This document shows, in pieces, positions 29,437-38,944 of a DNA stretch of 64,000 bases. The notes below the pieces were generated by a model that did not search any database, was not told where the DNA came from, and was given only the letters and a program-made list of their open reading frames with translations. The translations under genes were made by a program, and so were the position numbers. The first letter of the stretch is position 1, and every line of letters starts with the position of its first letter. The stretch is from Gemmatimonadales bacterium (lineage in GTDB: Bacteria; Gemmatimonadota; Gemmatimonadetes; Gemmatimonadales; GWC2-71-9), in assembly GCA_037189525.1 (NCBI GenBank), contig JBBCJC010000002.1, forward strand, positions 928,001 through 992,000, given 5' to 3'.

Positions 29437-29474
29437 GAAAAGACCTCGGCGACCATTGGTCGCCGAGGTCTTTC
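29437..29474 (-). terminator. Intrinsic terminator downstream of the SusC2/SusD2 operon (probably bidirectional)
   Basis: 17-bp inverted repeat AAAGACCTCGGCGACCA / TGGTCGCCGAGGTCTTT with short T tracts on both strands. Confidence 0.8.
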
Positions 29475-29486
29475 GGTAATGTGCGG

Positions 29487-30722
29487 CTAGTTGATGTTGG
29501 GGTTGTTGAGCCGCTCGTTGTCCGGAAGCGGAAAACATTTCTGATCCCGATACGTTCCGCCGCCGTCCTTGAAAGGAACACCGGGAGCGGGCGTAAGAGG
29601 CAGACCGTACTGCCGGACATCGCCCAGATGATGGCCTTCGAGGAAGAACGTGCGGCGGCGCTCCTCGACCAGTTGCGCTTGAATCGCCGCGGGGTCGGTG
29701 CTCGAGAAGTGCGGCAACCCGACTCGGTCATGCAGCTCGTTGATGATGTCCACGGCTGTCTGTCCTCCGGCCGCTTCCGCTACGATCAGACGCGCCTCCA
29801 CGCCGGTGGCGAGGGGAATCGACGCCGATGGCCCGTCGAACTTGTTCGTGATCCACAACGGCGTCACGCCGTCCGACGCCATGGCAACCGGCCCGGGCAC
29901 GACCTGCACCCTCGGGTCGGCGACACCGTCGAACGTGAGGTCGCGATAGGAGGGATCGATCACGAACAGTCGGCTGCGCTGCCCGTTGACCCAGACCGTG
30001 TTCTCCCGCCGCGGTACCTCGGTCGAATAGGTCGCCGTCTTCACGAAACCGATCGGTACACCTTGCGCATCCGTGGCAGCGGCGGCGGCATTGCCTTGAC
30101 GCAGGCGAGCGCGCGCCCGCCCGACGCGGGCCCAGTTGGTGAGATCGGCGTTACCCTGCGCGGCGGCGAGCGCTTTCGTGAATCGCGCCTCCGCTTCCTG
30201 AAACAGCTGCGCGGGCGTGACCTCGGGTCCCGTGTCGATCGCCGCCGAGCACATCGATTCGCCCAGGAGGAGCAGGCTGTACCCGGCGTAGTTCGCCACC
30301 GTGGCGATCAACGCCTGCCGGTTGGCGACCTCGGTGTCGCTCCATCCTTCGAGCAGTCTTGTGGTGTTGTCGCCCTGGAACCGCGCGGTCTGGAGCGGCT
30401 TGTAGACGCCCAGGCCCGTGCATGCGGCGGTGGAGTACAGTGACGCGCTCGGGTTGAAGTCACGCTTGTCGTATTCCTTCACGGCAATGCCCGTGCTGCC
30501 GATCTCCAGCTCGTTACCGACCAGGCCGGCGGCGACGATATAGCTGGCCAGCGCGCACTCGTAGTCGGCGCCCGTGCTGTTGACGAGAAGGGTGGCGTTG
30601 GACGGGTGATCGAGCTTGTCCGCCGCCACGCGCGACGGAGCGTCCACTTCGATCAGGGAGGTACAGGCGCTCGCGGTGAGCGTCAGCGTGGCGACGACGA
30701 TCGACATCCATCGGGTCGGCAT
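29487..30722 (-). CDS. RagB/SusD-like outer membrane lipoprotein (SusD2)
   Basis: Lipobox TASAC; EARLIVAEA, EERRRTFFLEGHHLGD, CFPLPDNERLNNPN; clear paralogue of SusD1; start 30722 (GGAG RBS) or 30734. Confidence 0.85.
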   Translation of the reverse strand: MPTRWMSIVVATLTLTASACTSLIEVDAPSRVAADKLDHPSNATLLVNSTGADYECALASYIVAAGLVGNELEIGSTGIAVKEYDKRDFNPSASLYSTAACTGLGVYKPLQTARFQGDNTTRLLEGWSDTEVANRQALIATVANYAGYSLLLLGESMCSAAIDTGPEVTPAQLFQEAEARFTKALAAAQGNADLTNWARVGRARARLRQGNAAAAATDAQGVPIGFVKTATYSTEVPRRENTVWVNGQRSRLFVIDPSYRDLTFDGVADPRVQVVPGPVAMASDGVTPLWITNKFDGPSASIPLATGVEARLIVAEAAGGQTAVDIINELHDRVGLPHFSSTDPAAIQAQLVEERRRTFFLEGHHLGDVRQYGLPLTPAPGVPFKDGGGTYRDQKCFPLPDNERLNNPNIN

Positions 30723-30747
30723 GAGAGTCTCCATGGTGTCCACGCGG

Positions 30748-33690
30748 TCAGAAGGACAGGTTGATGCGCAGCACGAACTGCCGCAGCTGCGGCACCTCGT
30801 TCTGCTCGAAGGGGGTGCCGCCGCCGGTCTCGGCGAAGGCGCCGTAACTCTCGGGGTCCAGTCCTTCGAACTTGGTCCAGGTGTGGAGATTACGACCCGA
30901 GAGTGAGACCGCCGCCCGATTGGCGCCGAACCGGCGCGCCATGGCATCCGGCAACTGGTAGCTCACCGACACCTCGCGCAGCTTGACGAAGCTCATGTCG
31001 CGCCACCACTCCGCGTCGTCGGTATAGCCGAGCACGGACGAGGCGGCCTTCACGGGATCGGCCCGCTCGGGGTAGATCTCCTCTTCGCATCCCAAGATGC
31101 CGGGACACCAGAGACTCGAGGTCCAGTTACGGTGGCCGCGCTTGAAGTCGAGCAGACCCGAGATGGCGAGCCGCTGCTTGATACGGATCGTCGACGATAC
31201 CGCTCCATCGATCTTGGGGTCGACCTGCCCGATGTACACGCGAGGAGCCGTACCGCACGGCACGCCCTGGCCGCCCGGAAGGCCTTCGGCGGTGCCGCCG
31301 TCGCACAGGATGTTGATCGGCACGCCGTTGGCATCGCGGTCCGCGCTGATGACCTTGCGGGCGAAGATCCCGTAGACGGGGAATCCCGCCTGGAAACGGT
31401 TGCCGTAGCCGAACGACAGAAACGGCGTTCCCGAGAGGCCGATGTCGAGGACCTCGTTCTTGTTGCGCGAGAGGTTGAGACCAACTTCCCAACCGAACGA
31501 ACGGGATTCGATGATCCGTCCGTCGAGCAGCAACTCGAAGCCGCGATTCTGCACGGTGCCCGCATTCACATACTGCTGTTGCGGGAAACCGGAGGACGGG
31601 GCCACGTCGCGGAGGAGAATGGCGTCCCGCGTCGTTTGCGCGTAGTAGGTGAAGTCGATGCCGACCCGCTGGTTGAAGAGGCTCGCGTCCAGACCGATTT
31701 CGATTTCGCGCGAGCGCTCCGGGCCGAGTTCGGGGTTGCCCACGAATTGTGGGGTAACCGCGGACTGTCCCGCCTGTCCGGTAATCGGCTGATAGGTGCG
31801 GAGTGCGGCGAAGCTCTGCGGCTGCTGGCCCGATTCACCCCAGGCGGCGCGGAGGCGGAAATTGTCGATCGCGCCGAGTTTCCAGAACGGTTCTTCGCTG
31901 AGCACCCAGGACGCGCTCACCTTGGGGTAGGTGACGAAATCGAACTCCTGTCCGAATGCGCTGTTGTCATCGCCGCGGATCGCGCCCGTCAGGAAGAATC
32001 GGTTCTTCCACGCCACCTGGAGCTGGCCGAAGACGCCGACGGAGATGTTCTCGACCTGGTCGTCGCTCCCCAGCCGCGTTGCCGCACCGATGATGGAAGT
32101 GATATCGGAGGACGGGAAGATCTGGCCCGAGGCGCCGAGCGACGTGAGGTTCTGGCGGTAGTACTGCGCACCAGCCGAGGTCGACAGCTGGAGGGAGGAG
32201 CCCAGTTCGCGGGTTGCCGTCGCGCTGTAGTCCACCGTCGTGCTCACGAGCCCGCGTTGATTGTAGCTCTTGGCGCCCTGGGCCTGGGCCGGACTGAAGA
32301 ACACACTGCTTTCCGGGCCCATCCGTCGGGTCAGGCTGATCGCGTCGGTCCGGCTCAGGTCCAGGCCCACCTTGAGTCGATGACTCAACCAGGAGGCGGG
32401 CCGGTGACGCAGCTCGCCGCCGGTGGTCAGACGATCGACGTTCTCCAGGAGTTCGAACTCCCGTTCCCAGATTTCCGAAGGCGCGGTGAAAAATCCGCGC
32501 TGGGGCAGGTCGCGCACCTGAGGCCGGCTGAGCACGGTCCCGAAGATGTAGTTGCTGTTCGGAAAGGAGGTCCTGAGCGTGTTGAAGCCGAGCTGGATAT
32601 TCGCATCCCACGCGGCGCGAGGCGATACACTCAGGTTGAGGCGCGCACCGTATTTCTTGGACCAGTTGGAGCCGATGGCGCCCTGGTCGTCGTCATAGTG
32701 GACCGCGGCGAAGTACTGGGCGCCCTCGCTGCCGCCGCTCACGTCCAGCGAATATCCCTGGAGAAGACCGGTTCGGAATAGCGGGGTGCCCCGATCGGTT
32801 TCCTGCTGGGCAATGTTGAACTCCACCACCTCGCCGTTCGGCTGGCGAAAGTAGTTGATGGGCCAGCGTCCTTCGGGATCCGCGACGAACGCGGCGCCGG
32901 TGCGGGTCGAGAGCTGGACCTGGGTTGCTCCCGGTTTGCCACGGCGCGTGATGATCTGGACCACGCCACTCGACGCCTCCGTGCCGTAGAGCGTCGCGGC
33001 CGCCGGGCCCTTGATGATCTCGATCGATTCGATGTCATCGGGGTTGAAGTCGTTCAGCCGGGAGGTCGCACCCGTCCCGCTGCCGCCGGTCGGAGAGCGA
33101 TCGTCCACGCGGACGCCGTCGACGTAGATGAGCGGAGTGAGCCGAAGCGAGAGCGACGACCGCCCGCGGATCATGATCCGTTCGCCGCCGCCGACCAACC
33201 CGCCGGGCGGGGTGACCTGAACGCCAGGCGCCCGCGCGTTCACGAGCTGACCGATCGACAGCACGGGCGCCGATTCCAGTTGCTCGGTCACCCGCACCGT
33301 TGCCACGGCGTTGGCGATCTCGCGGCGCTGCTGGCCCTCGCCGGCGGTGCCGGTGATGACGATGTCGTCGAGGGTCACCGCCATGCGGGTCAACTCGAGG
33401 CGGAGATCGGTCCGGCCCACGGCCACCGTGGTTTCCAGGGGGCGGAACGGGATCAGCCGCACCACGAGTGTCACCGATCCGCCGGTTAATCCACGCAACT
33501 CGAACCGACCCTCGGGATCGGTTCTGGCGGACAGGGTTCCGCCGCGGAGCGACACCACGGCTCCCGCGGCTGGTGCGCCGGTATTGTCGACGACGACGCC
33601 CGATACGGCTCCCTGCTGGGCTGCGGCAGGGAGCGTCCAGAGCAATGCCAGAACCGCCACGACACTGAACCATCGCAGGCGTGCCACCAT
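30748..33690 (-). CDS. SusC/RagA-family TonB-dependent receptor (SusC2)
   Basis: Signal peptide, LDDIVITG, PLIYVDGVRV, DIESIEIIKGPAAATLYGTEASSGVVQIITRRG, GNPELGPE, C-terminal Phe. Confidence 0.93.
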   Translation of the reverse strand: MVARLRWFSVVAVLALLWTLPAAAQQGAVSGVVVDNTGAPAAGAVVSLRGGTLSARTDPEGRFELRGLTGGSVTLVVRLIPFRPLETTVAVGRTDLRLELTRMAVTLDDIVITGTAGEGQQRREIANAVATVRVTEQLESAPVLSIGQLVNARAPGVQVTPPGGLVGGGERIMIRGRSSLSLRLTPLIYVDGVRVDDRSPTGGSGTGATSRLNDFNPDDIESIEIIKGPAAATLYGTEASSGVVQIITRRGKPGATQVQLSTRTGAAFVADPEGRWPINYFRQPNGEVVEFNIAQQETDRGTPLFRTGLLQGYSLDVSGGSEGAQYFAAVHYDDDQGAIGSNWSKKYGARLNLSVSPRAAWDANIQLGFNTLRTSFPNSNYIFGTVLSRPQVRDLPQRGFFTAPSEIWEREFELLENVDRLTTGGELRHRPASWLSHRLKVGLDLSRTDAISLTRRMGPESSVFFSPAQAQGAKSYNQRGLVSTTVDYSATATRELGSSLQLSTSAGAQYYRQNLTSLGASGQIFPSSDITSIIGAATRLGSDDQVENISVGVFGQLQVAWKNRFFLTGAIRGDDNSAFGQEFDFVTYPKVSASWVLSEEPFWKLGAIDNFRLRAAWGESGQQPQSFAALRTYQPITGQAGQSAVTPQFVGNPELGPERSREIEIGLDASLFNQRVGIDFTYYAQTTRDAILLRDVAPSSGFPQQQYVNAGTVQNRGFELLLDGRIIESRSFGWEVGLNLSRNKNEVLDIGLSGTPFLSFGYGNRFQAGFPVYGIFARKVISADRDANGVPINILCDGGTAEGLPGGQGVPCGTAPRVYIGQVDPKIDGAVSSTIRIKQRLAISGLLDFKRGHRNWTSSLWCPGILGCEEEIYPERADPVKAASSVLGYTDDAEWWRDMSFVKLREVSVSYQLPDAMARRFGANRAAVSLSGRNLHTWTKFEGLDPESYGAFAETGGGTPFEQNEVPQLRQFVLRINLSF

Positions 33691-33746
33691 GCCCGATCCT
33701 TTCTGTGCGTGAGGACAGCCCGAGGCCGGAATCAGCCCCTTCCTCG

Positions 33747-33802
33747 GTCTACAATATGGTCAACCTTAATTTCACGATACCTGAATCATAGGGAGCTGGC
33801 AA
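33747..33802 (-). promoter_or_regulatory. Sigma70 promoter of susC2 with downstream candidate GntR operator
   Basis: Minus strand TTGCCA-N17-TATCGT, then 6 nt, then AAGGTTGACCATATTGTAGAC. Confidence 0.65.
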
Positions 33803-33825
33803 GAGGTGCCAATCGGTGAGCGTGG

Positions 33826-33856
33826 AAAGCGAAACGCCGGCCATCGGGGCCGGCGT
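33826..33856 (-). terminator. Probable terminator of the gntR-family gene
   Basis: 9-bp stem ACGCCGGCC/GGCCGGCGT followed on the minus strand by TTCGCTTT. Confidence 0.55.
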
Positions 33857-33945
33857 GGTGACGGGGTTACGGGAACGGCTCGTTCGATCGGTGATGTGAG
33901 CAGCCCGGTACGGGCGCCTGTCCAGTCGGGTGGCGGCCTCGCCGG

Positions 33946-34770
33946 TTAGAAACTCCCGCGTTCTCCGGCTGTCGCAATCACCCGCCGGAATCGGTCCGCG
34001 GCTTGCCGCCAGTTGCGCACGGCTGCGCGTTCGGCGGCCTCGGAATCGCCGGCTCTGATGGCATCGATGATGACCTGATGCTCCGTGATCGAACTGGTGA
34101 CGGGTCCGGGGAGGGTTGCGGCTCCCATGGCACTCGCGTAGGCGCGCCCGTATCGCTCATGCTGCGAGCCGACCGCTGCGCACAAAGTGCGCAATCGCGG
34201 GCCCCCGGCCGTGTCGATGTAGCAATTGTGCAGCTGCTGATCGATCTCGTAGAGTGCGGCGGCGGCTTCGGCTCCGGACGGATGGGCACATACCTGGTCC
34301 GGTGTCATGCCAGACGAGAGGGCGGCTTCCTCGTCGATGCTGGTGTGGATCAGTCGATGGAGCTGGTCGTTCAGCCGTTGCATGTTGTCCGCGATGCGCA
34401 GCCGCTCGACCGCCTGCAGACGTGCCGCTTGCTCGGCGGCAGCCCCGTTCAAGGCGGCTGCCAGCGTATAGATGTCGTCCATGTCGGCGACGGTGAGCGG
34501 AGTGACGACCGCGCGCGTGTACAGCCCGGCGCTCGTCGGTTGGATGAACCCCTCATGGCTGAGCCGCTGCAGCGCCGAGCGGAGGCTACCCCGACTCACC
34601 TCCAGGCGTTCGGCGAGGCGGCGCTCGATCAGGGGGGCGCCCGGTGCCAGGACGCCCTGAATGATCATTGCGCGGAGGTCATGATAGGCATCATGGACCG
34701 TCGTGGTCCGCGTTCCGTTCCGGCTGCGGCTGCTCGTGCGTGGGGTGGGGCGTTTCGTCGGCATGCTCAT
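33946..34770 (-). CDS. GntR family transcriptional regulator (FadR/FCD type)
   Basis: HTH LAPGAPLIERRLAERLEVSRGSLRSALQRL; FCD-like DQQLH and EHQVIIDAIRAGD. Confidence 0.9.
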   Translation of the reverse strand: MSMPTKRPTPRTSSRSRNGTRTTTVHDAYHDLRAMIIQGVLAPGAPLIERRLAERLEVSRGSLRSALQRLSHEGFIQPTSAGLYTRAVVTPLTVADMDDIYTLAAALNGAAAEQAARLQAVERLRIADNMQRLNDQLHRLIHTSIDEEAALSSGMTPDQVCAHPSGAEAAAALYEIDQQLHNCYIDTAGGPRLRTLCAAVGSQHERYGRAYASAMGAATLPGPVTSSITEHQVIIDAIRAGDSEAAERAAVRNWRQAADRFRRVIATAGERGSF

Positions 34771-34843
34771 CCATCATGAAGGCACCCTAACCTATGCGAA
34801 AAACGGTCCTTGGGGAGTCCCGGAGGGTCTGTCGAGGGCCGTC

Positions 34844-34900
34844 TTGCGGAAAGTTACATCCCGGCGTTATTGTCGTCAAAAAGGTTAACCATTTTGAGAC
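34844..34900 (+). promoter_or_regulatory. Promoter of the serine hydrolase with candidate GntR operator
   Basis: TTGCGG-N18-TATTGT, then 7 nt, then AAGGTTAACCATTTTGAGAC (palindromic core GGTTAACC), near-identical to the susC2 motif. Confidence 0.6.
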
Positions 34901-34911
34901 GAGGTCCTCCG

Positions 34912-36270
34912 ATGGCATCGGTCCGGTTCCTTTCAGGTCCTACCACCCTGGCCTTTTCGATCGTCGTCGCCGCCTCATCGACGCTTCAAGCCCAGCAGGG
35001 CGACCCCGTGACTCGCGCGGTTGACTCCCTCTTCACGGGATGGGCCAAGCCGGGTGCTCCGGGGTGCGGACTCGGCGTGATCCGGGATGGGAAGTTCGTC
35101 TACCGCGCCGACTACGGCACGGCCGACCTGGCACGAAACATCCCGATCGGCACCCGGACGACCTACTACATGGCGTCGGTTTCCAAGCAGTTTGCGGCGG
35201 CCGCAGTGGCGCTTGCCTCGCTGCAGGGACATCTCTCACTCGACGACGAAGTGCGCAAGTACATTCCGGAACTCCCGGCCTACGCCGCCGGGATCACGGT
35301 TCGTCATCTCGTGCACCACACCAGCGGGTTGCGCGACTATCTGGGGCTACTCGGTCTGGCCGGCCGACTCGATGCGGTTCACGACGACGCTGCGGTGATC
35401 CGGCTGATCAGCCAGCAGCGGGCGCTCAACTTTCCCATGGGCACCCGCTACTCGTACAGCAACTCGGGCTACATGTTGCTGTCGGTCGTGGTGAAACGGG
35501 CCACCGGGCGCTCGCTCCGCGATTTTGCCCAGCAGGAAATGTTTGGCCCGCTCGGCATGCATGACACCTACTTCTACGACGACCACACGGCCTCCCATCC
35601 CGCCGGTGATCGTCGGACCATCGGGTATCAGCCGACCCGCGGGGGAGGATTCGAAAGCGGTGTGTTGCCGAACTTCGAGCAGGTGGGCGACGGTGGCCTC
35701 TTCTCGACGGTCGAGGACGTGCTGCGCTGGGATCAGAATTTCTATGACGCGAAGGTGGGTGGAGCGCGCTTTCTGGATCTGATTCACACCACCGGCCGGC
35801 TGGCTGACGGAACTGCCCTGGAGTACGCGTTTGGGCTTCAAGTCACGAACTATGGCGGGCTGCGGTTAGTGACACACGGAGGCTCATTCATGGGCTATCG
35901 TACGGTCATCCACCGGTTCCCGGAACAGCGGTTCTCGGTCGTGGTCCTCTGCAATCTGGGAACGGCATCGCCCGAGCAGCTGGCCTCAGCCGTTGCGGAT
36001 CTCTATCTCGCCGATGCACTCCAGCGGGCACAGCAGGATCTCGCCGGCGAATATCGGAGTGGCGAGCTCGACGTCACTCGACGGATCACGATCAAGGAGG
36101 GGCGGCTGTTCGCGCACGATGCGAGCGGCGAGGTGCCACTCCGGTCGCAGGGTAAGGACGTCTACGGGATGCGAGGCGCGACGGTGCGTTTTACCCGCGA
36201 GAATGGACGGGTCACCGGCTTCGATCTCGATCAGGGACTGATGCGGGGCTTCCGCTTCGACCGCCAGTGA
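34912..36270 (+). CDS. Serine hydrolase of the beta-lactamase class C/PBP (S12) family, D-aminopeptidase-like, secreted
   Basis: SxxK ASVSKQF, YxN YSYSNSG, THGG, LVHHTSG, C-terminal beta-rich extension; signal peptide; GAGG RBS. Confidence 0.9.
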   Translation: MASVRFLSGPTTLAFSIVVAASSTLQAQQGDPVTRAVDSLFTGWAKPGAPGCGLGVIRDGKFVYRADYGTADLARNIPIGTRTTYYMASVSKQFAAAAVALASLQGHLSLDDEVRKYIPELPAYAAGITVRHLVHHTSGLRDYLGLLGLAGRLDAVHDDAAVIRLISQQRALNFPMGTRYSYSNSGYMLLSVVVKRATGRSLRDFAQQEMFGPLGMHDTYFYDDHTASHPAGDRRTIGYQPTRGGGFESGVLPNFEQVGDGGLFSTVEDVLRWDQNFYDAKVGGARFLDLIHTTGRLADGTALEYAFGLQVTNYGGLRLVTHGGSFMGYRTVIHRFPEQRFSVVVLCNLGTASPEQLASAVADLYLADALQRAQQDLAGEYRSGELDVTRRITIKEGRLFAHDASGEVPLRSQGKDVYGMRGATVRFTRENGRVTGFDLDQGLMRGFRFDRQ

Positions 36271-36401
36271 TCGTACCCGGACTCAGGTAGGCGGCGGGCG
36301 TCGGTCCCGCAATCGATGGGGTGCGTCGTCTAACGCCATGCCGAAGCTGCATCGGAGCTAACGTGATGCCGCCCGTTGCGGACGGTATCGCGCGCCAGAG
36401 T

Positions 36402-38639
36402 CTAATTACCGTTTCCGGTTCCCCAGAGTGCGGTGTACACCGCCTGGTTGCGTAGCACCTTCCGGACGTAGTCGCGGGTCTCGACGTAGGGAATCCGCTC
36501 CACGAAAATCTCGGGGTCGTCATCCACGCCCCGGATACTCCGCCAGCGGGCCACCCGGTGGGTACCCGCGTTATACGCAGCCAGCGCGCGCTCCGGCCAT
36601 TCGAGACTCTTGAAGGCGTCGGCCAGGTGCTCGATCCCGAAGGCCAGATTCACATCCGGCTGATAGAGCAGCACGACATCCCAATCCGGGAGCCCGGCCT
36701 GCTTGGCCAGCTGCGCGCCGAGCGGGGGGATGACCTGCATCAGGCCGCGGGCATCGGCGATGGAGCGCGCCTCGGGGTCGAAGAGCGATTCCTGACGGAT
36801 CAGAGCAGCCACCAGCATCGGGTCGAGATTAGCGCCCGCGGCCTCGTGACGCAGCGTTTCCCGATAGGGCAGCGGGTGGAGCAGGTCGATCACCTGCCGG
36901 TCGGCGCTGGCGCGCTGGGCCAGCCGAACCGAGCGGGCGTGCCAGTTGCCATCCGCCAGGGCCCGCGCCGCGGTGCGAAGGCTGGAGGTGGTCCCGGCGG
37001 CGCTGCGCTCGAAGGCGTCGAGTTCGAAGCGCGCTTCGACCCGCATGCCCAGGTCGGTCAGGGCGCGGGCCCGGAGCAACTCCGCGGGCAAAGCGCCTGG
37101 CGCGCTGGTGTCGGGGCGTCCCATCGACGGCCAGAAGGTGGTGCCCAGCCGGCGGGAGACGAGCAGCGCATAGTACGAGTCCGGCGCCCGCCGCGCGACG
37201 TCGTTCCAGCGCTGGTGCGCCGCAGCCGAGTCGCCGCGTGCGGACCAGGCGCGTCCGGCCCAGTACCGGGCCGCCAGCGCCTCGCCCGAGGATGACGTGG
37301 AAATCCGGTCGAATTCCTGAGCCGCCGTGGCATAATCGCGATCGAGGAACGCGATAATCGCTGCTTGAAAGGCGGCCCGCTGGCCGAAGCCGGTCGTCGG
37401 GTATCGGGTGGCCGCCGTGACCCAGAGCGTCCGCGCCGAGTCGTCGGCCGCGTGGTCGGCACGCAGGTCGCCGGCCAGGAAGAGCGCGGAGGCCGCCGGC
37501 ACCGAATCATTCGGGAACTTGACGGGAAGCTCGGCCAGGGACCGTTCGGCGGCCTGTCGCTGTCCGGCGCGCACCAGCAGGCGGGCCCGTTCGTAGGCGG
37601 CGCGGGCGCGCAGGTCGTGGGTCGAGAGCCGATCGAAGAGTGAAACGGCCTCGGCGCCCCGGCCCAGCCGGAGCAGCACGGTGGCGTAGGTGAATCGGTC
37701 GTTGTCGCTCAACATCGAGCGGGCGGCTGCGAAGCCGGCAGCGGCGCGTTCGTTCTGGGTCAGTTGCGCCGCTCGACGGGCAATCCGCAATTCTTCCGCG
37801 GCGGTGCGGGTGGGGAAGTACCGGTCGAAGAGAGTAATGGCGTCGGCGGACTCGTCCCGGTTCACATTGGCGGCCAGGAAGGCCGAGAGGTCTTTGCGCG
37901 CCGCAACCCGCTGGGCTGCATCGCCGTGGGCCAACCGGAGCCGGGTCGCTGCCAGCCGGGCACCGACCGCCTGGTACGCATTGATGGCGCCGCGCCAGTC
38001 GCCGGTGCGCTCCCGGGCCAATGCCTCGGTCCAGGGCAGCCGCGGCTTGGCAGCGGCGAGTGAGACCTGCCGTGCCAGCGCGGCCCGCTCAGTCGAGTCT
38101 TTGGTGACGCCCATGGCGCGGAGCAGGACCCAGTCACGAACCTCCGGCAGGTGCGCGGCCGCCTGACGATAGATCGCGGCCGCGGAGTCGAGCTGGCCCA
38201 CCCGGTCGAGCGCGCGGGCATGATAGAGGAGCCGTTCGCCCCGGGTTGCGTCGGTGGCCGTGGCCAGAGAGCGACGGGTATGGAGGACCGCTTCGGGCGC
38301 GCTGCCGCGCTCCAGATAGGCCCGCCCGAGCAAGGCGCGGCCGGCGCCGTTGTCCTCGCGATCGAGCCAGGTCTCGCCGTGCAGCAATCGGATCACGGCG
38401 TTCCATCCCTGCCAACCTGCCGCAGCCCGAGCGGCGAGAATGGTCACGGTGGGCGCCGGGGTGCCGCGGGTCAGCGGTGTGACCAGCCGGCTGGCCTGCC
38501 AGGGACGTCCCTCCAGCATCGCCTGCTCGGCGCGCAGCGCAATCGAGTCGGGCGCAGCCGAACCTGGCGCGAGTTGCGCGGCGAGTCCGAACGGCAGGAC
38601 GAACGTCGCGAATCCGGTGACGAGGCGGGAGCGGTTCAC
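36402..38639 (-). CDS. Soluble lytic murein transglycosylase (Slt70-like, TPR plus SLT domain)
   Basis: IRQESLF (catalytic Glu), ARGLMQV, ALAAYNAG, IPYVETRDYV; helical-repeat N-terminus; signal peptide. Confidence 0.92.
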   Translation of the reverse strand: MNRSRLVTGFATFVLPFGLAAQLAPGSAAPDSIALRAEQAMLEGRPWQASRLVTPLTRGTPAPTVTILAARAAAGWQGWNAVIRLLHGETWLDREDNGAGRALLGRAYLERGSAPEAVLHTRRSLATATDATRGERLLYHARALDRVGQLDSAAAIYRQAAAHLPEVRDWVLLRAMGVTKDSTERAALARQVSLAAAKPRLPWTEALARERTGDWRGAINAYQAVGARLAATRLRLAHGDAAQRVAARKDLSAFLAANVNRDESADAITLFDRYFPTRTAAEELRIARRAAQLTQNERAAAGFAAARSMLSDNDRFTYATVLLRLGRGAEAVSLFDRLSTHDLRARAAYERARLLVRAGQRQAAERSLAELPVKFPNDSVPAASALFLAGDLRADHAADDSARTLWVTAATRYPTTGFGQRAAFQAAIIAFLDRDYATAAQEFDRISTSSSGEALAARYWAGRAWSARGDSAAAHQRWNDVARRAPDSYYALLVSRRLGTTFWPSMGRPDTSAPGALPAELLRARALTDLGMRVEARFELDAFERSAAGTTSSLRTAARALADGNWHARSVRLAQRASADRQVIDLLHPLPYRETLRHEAAGANLDPMLVAALIRQESLFDPEARSIADARGLMQVIPPLGAQLAKQAGLPDWDVVLLYQPDVNLAFGIEHLADAFKSLEWPERALAAYNAGTHRVARWRSIRGVDDDPEIFVERIPYVETRDYVRKVLRNQAVYTALWGTGNGN

Positions 38640-38724
38640 CCCCGCAATGTAGTAGGGTCGCGGGTCGGGTGAGACTGGCCGAAAACGCGATCTCTGTCGA
38701 ATTTTCAGCCCTGGCGCCGCGGCG

Positions 38725-38913
38725 TTAGGCGACGCGCGACGCGGGTGCCAGGCCTTTGGGCTGACGGCTCAGAAAAACGGTACCTCGGGTCGGACCGAAG
38801 GGGCGAGCCTGTTTGGGCAGGATGACCCGCCCGACGGAATTCCCCTGGTCGTCGTAAACTTCGTATCCTTCGAATCGGTCCTGCGTAATCTCGACCGGCA
38901 TCATCTTCACCAT
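38725..38913 (-). pseudogene. Probable C-terminal remnant of a beta-propeller protein gene
   Basis: YEVYDDQGNSVGRVILPKQARPFGPTRGTVFLSR aligns by eye to the C-terminus of 27095..28255 (YDVFDRSGKLARKVSMSRDRQLVGFGKGAIYVVR). Confidence 0.45.
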
Positions 38914-38944
38914 GTTGCGTTGACTGTTCATCGGATTGGATGCC

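Noticed and set aside
34912..36270. Class C beta-lactamase resistance gene
   Set aside because: The third motif is HGG rather than KTG, and the C-terminal extension and catabolic context fit an S12 peptidase/esterase better.
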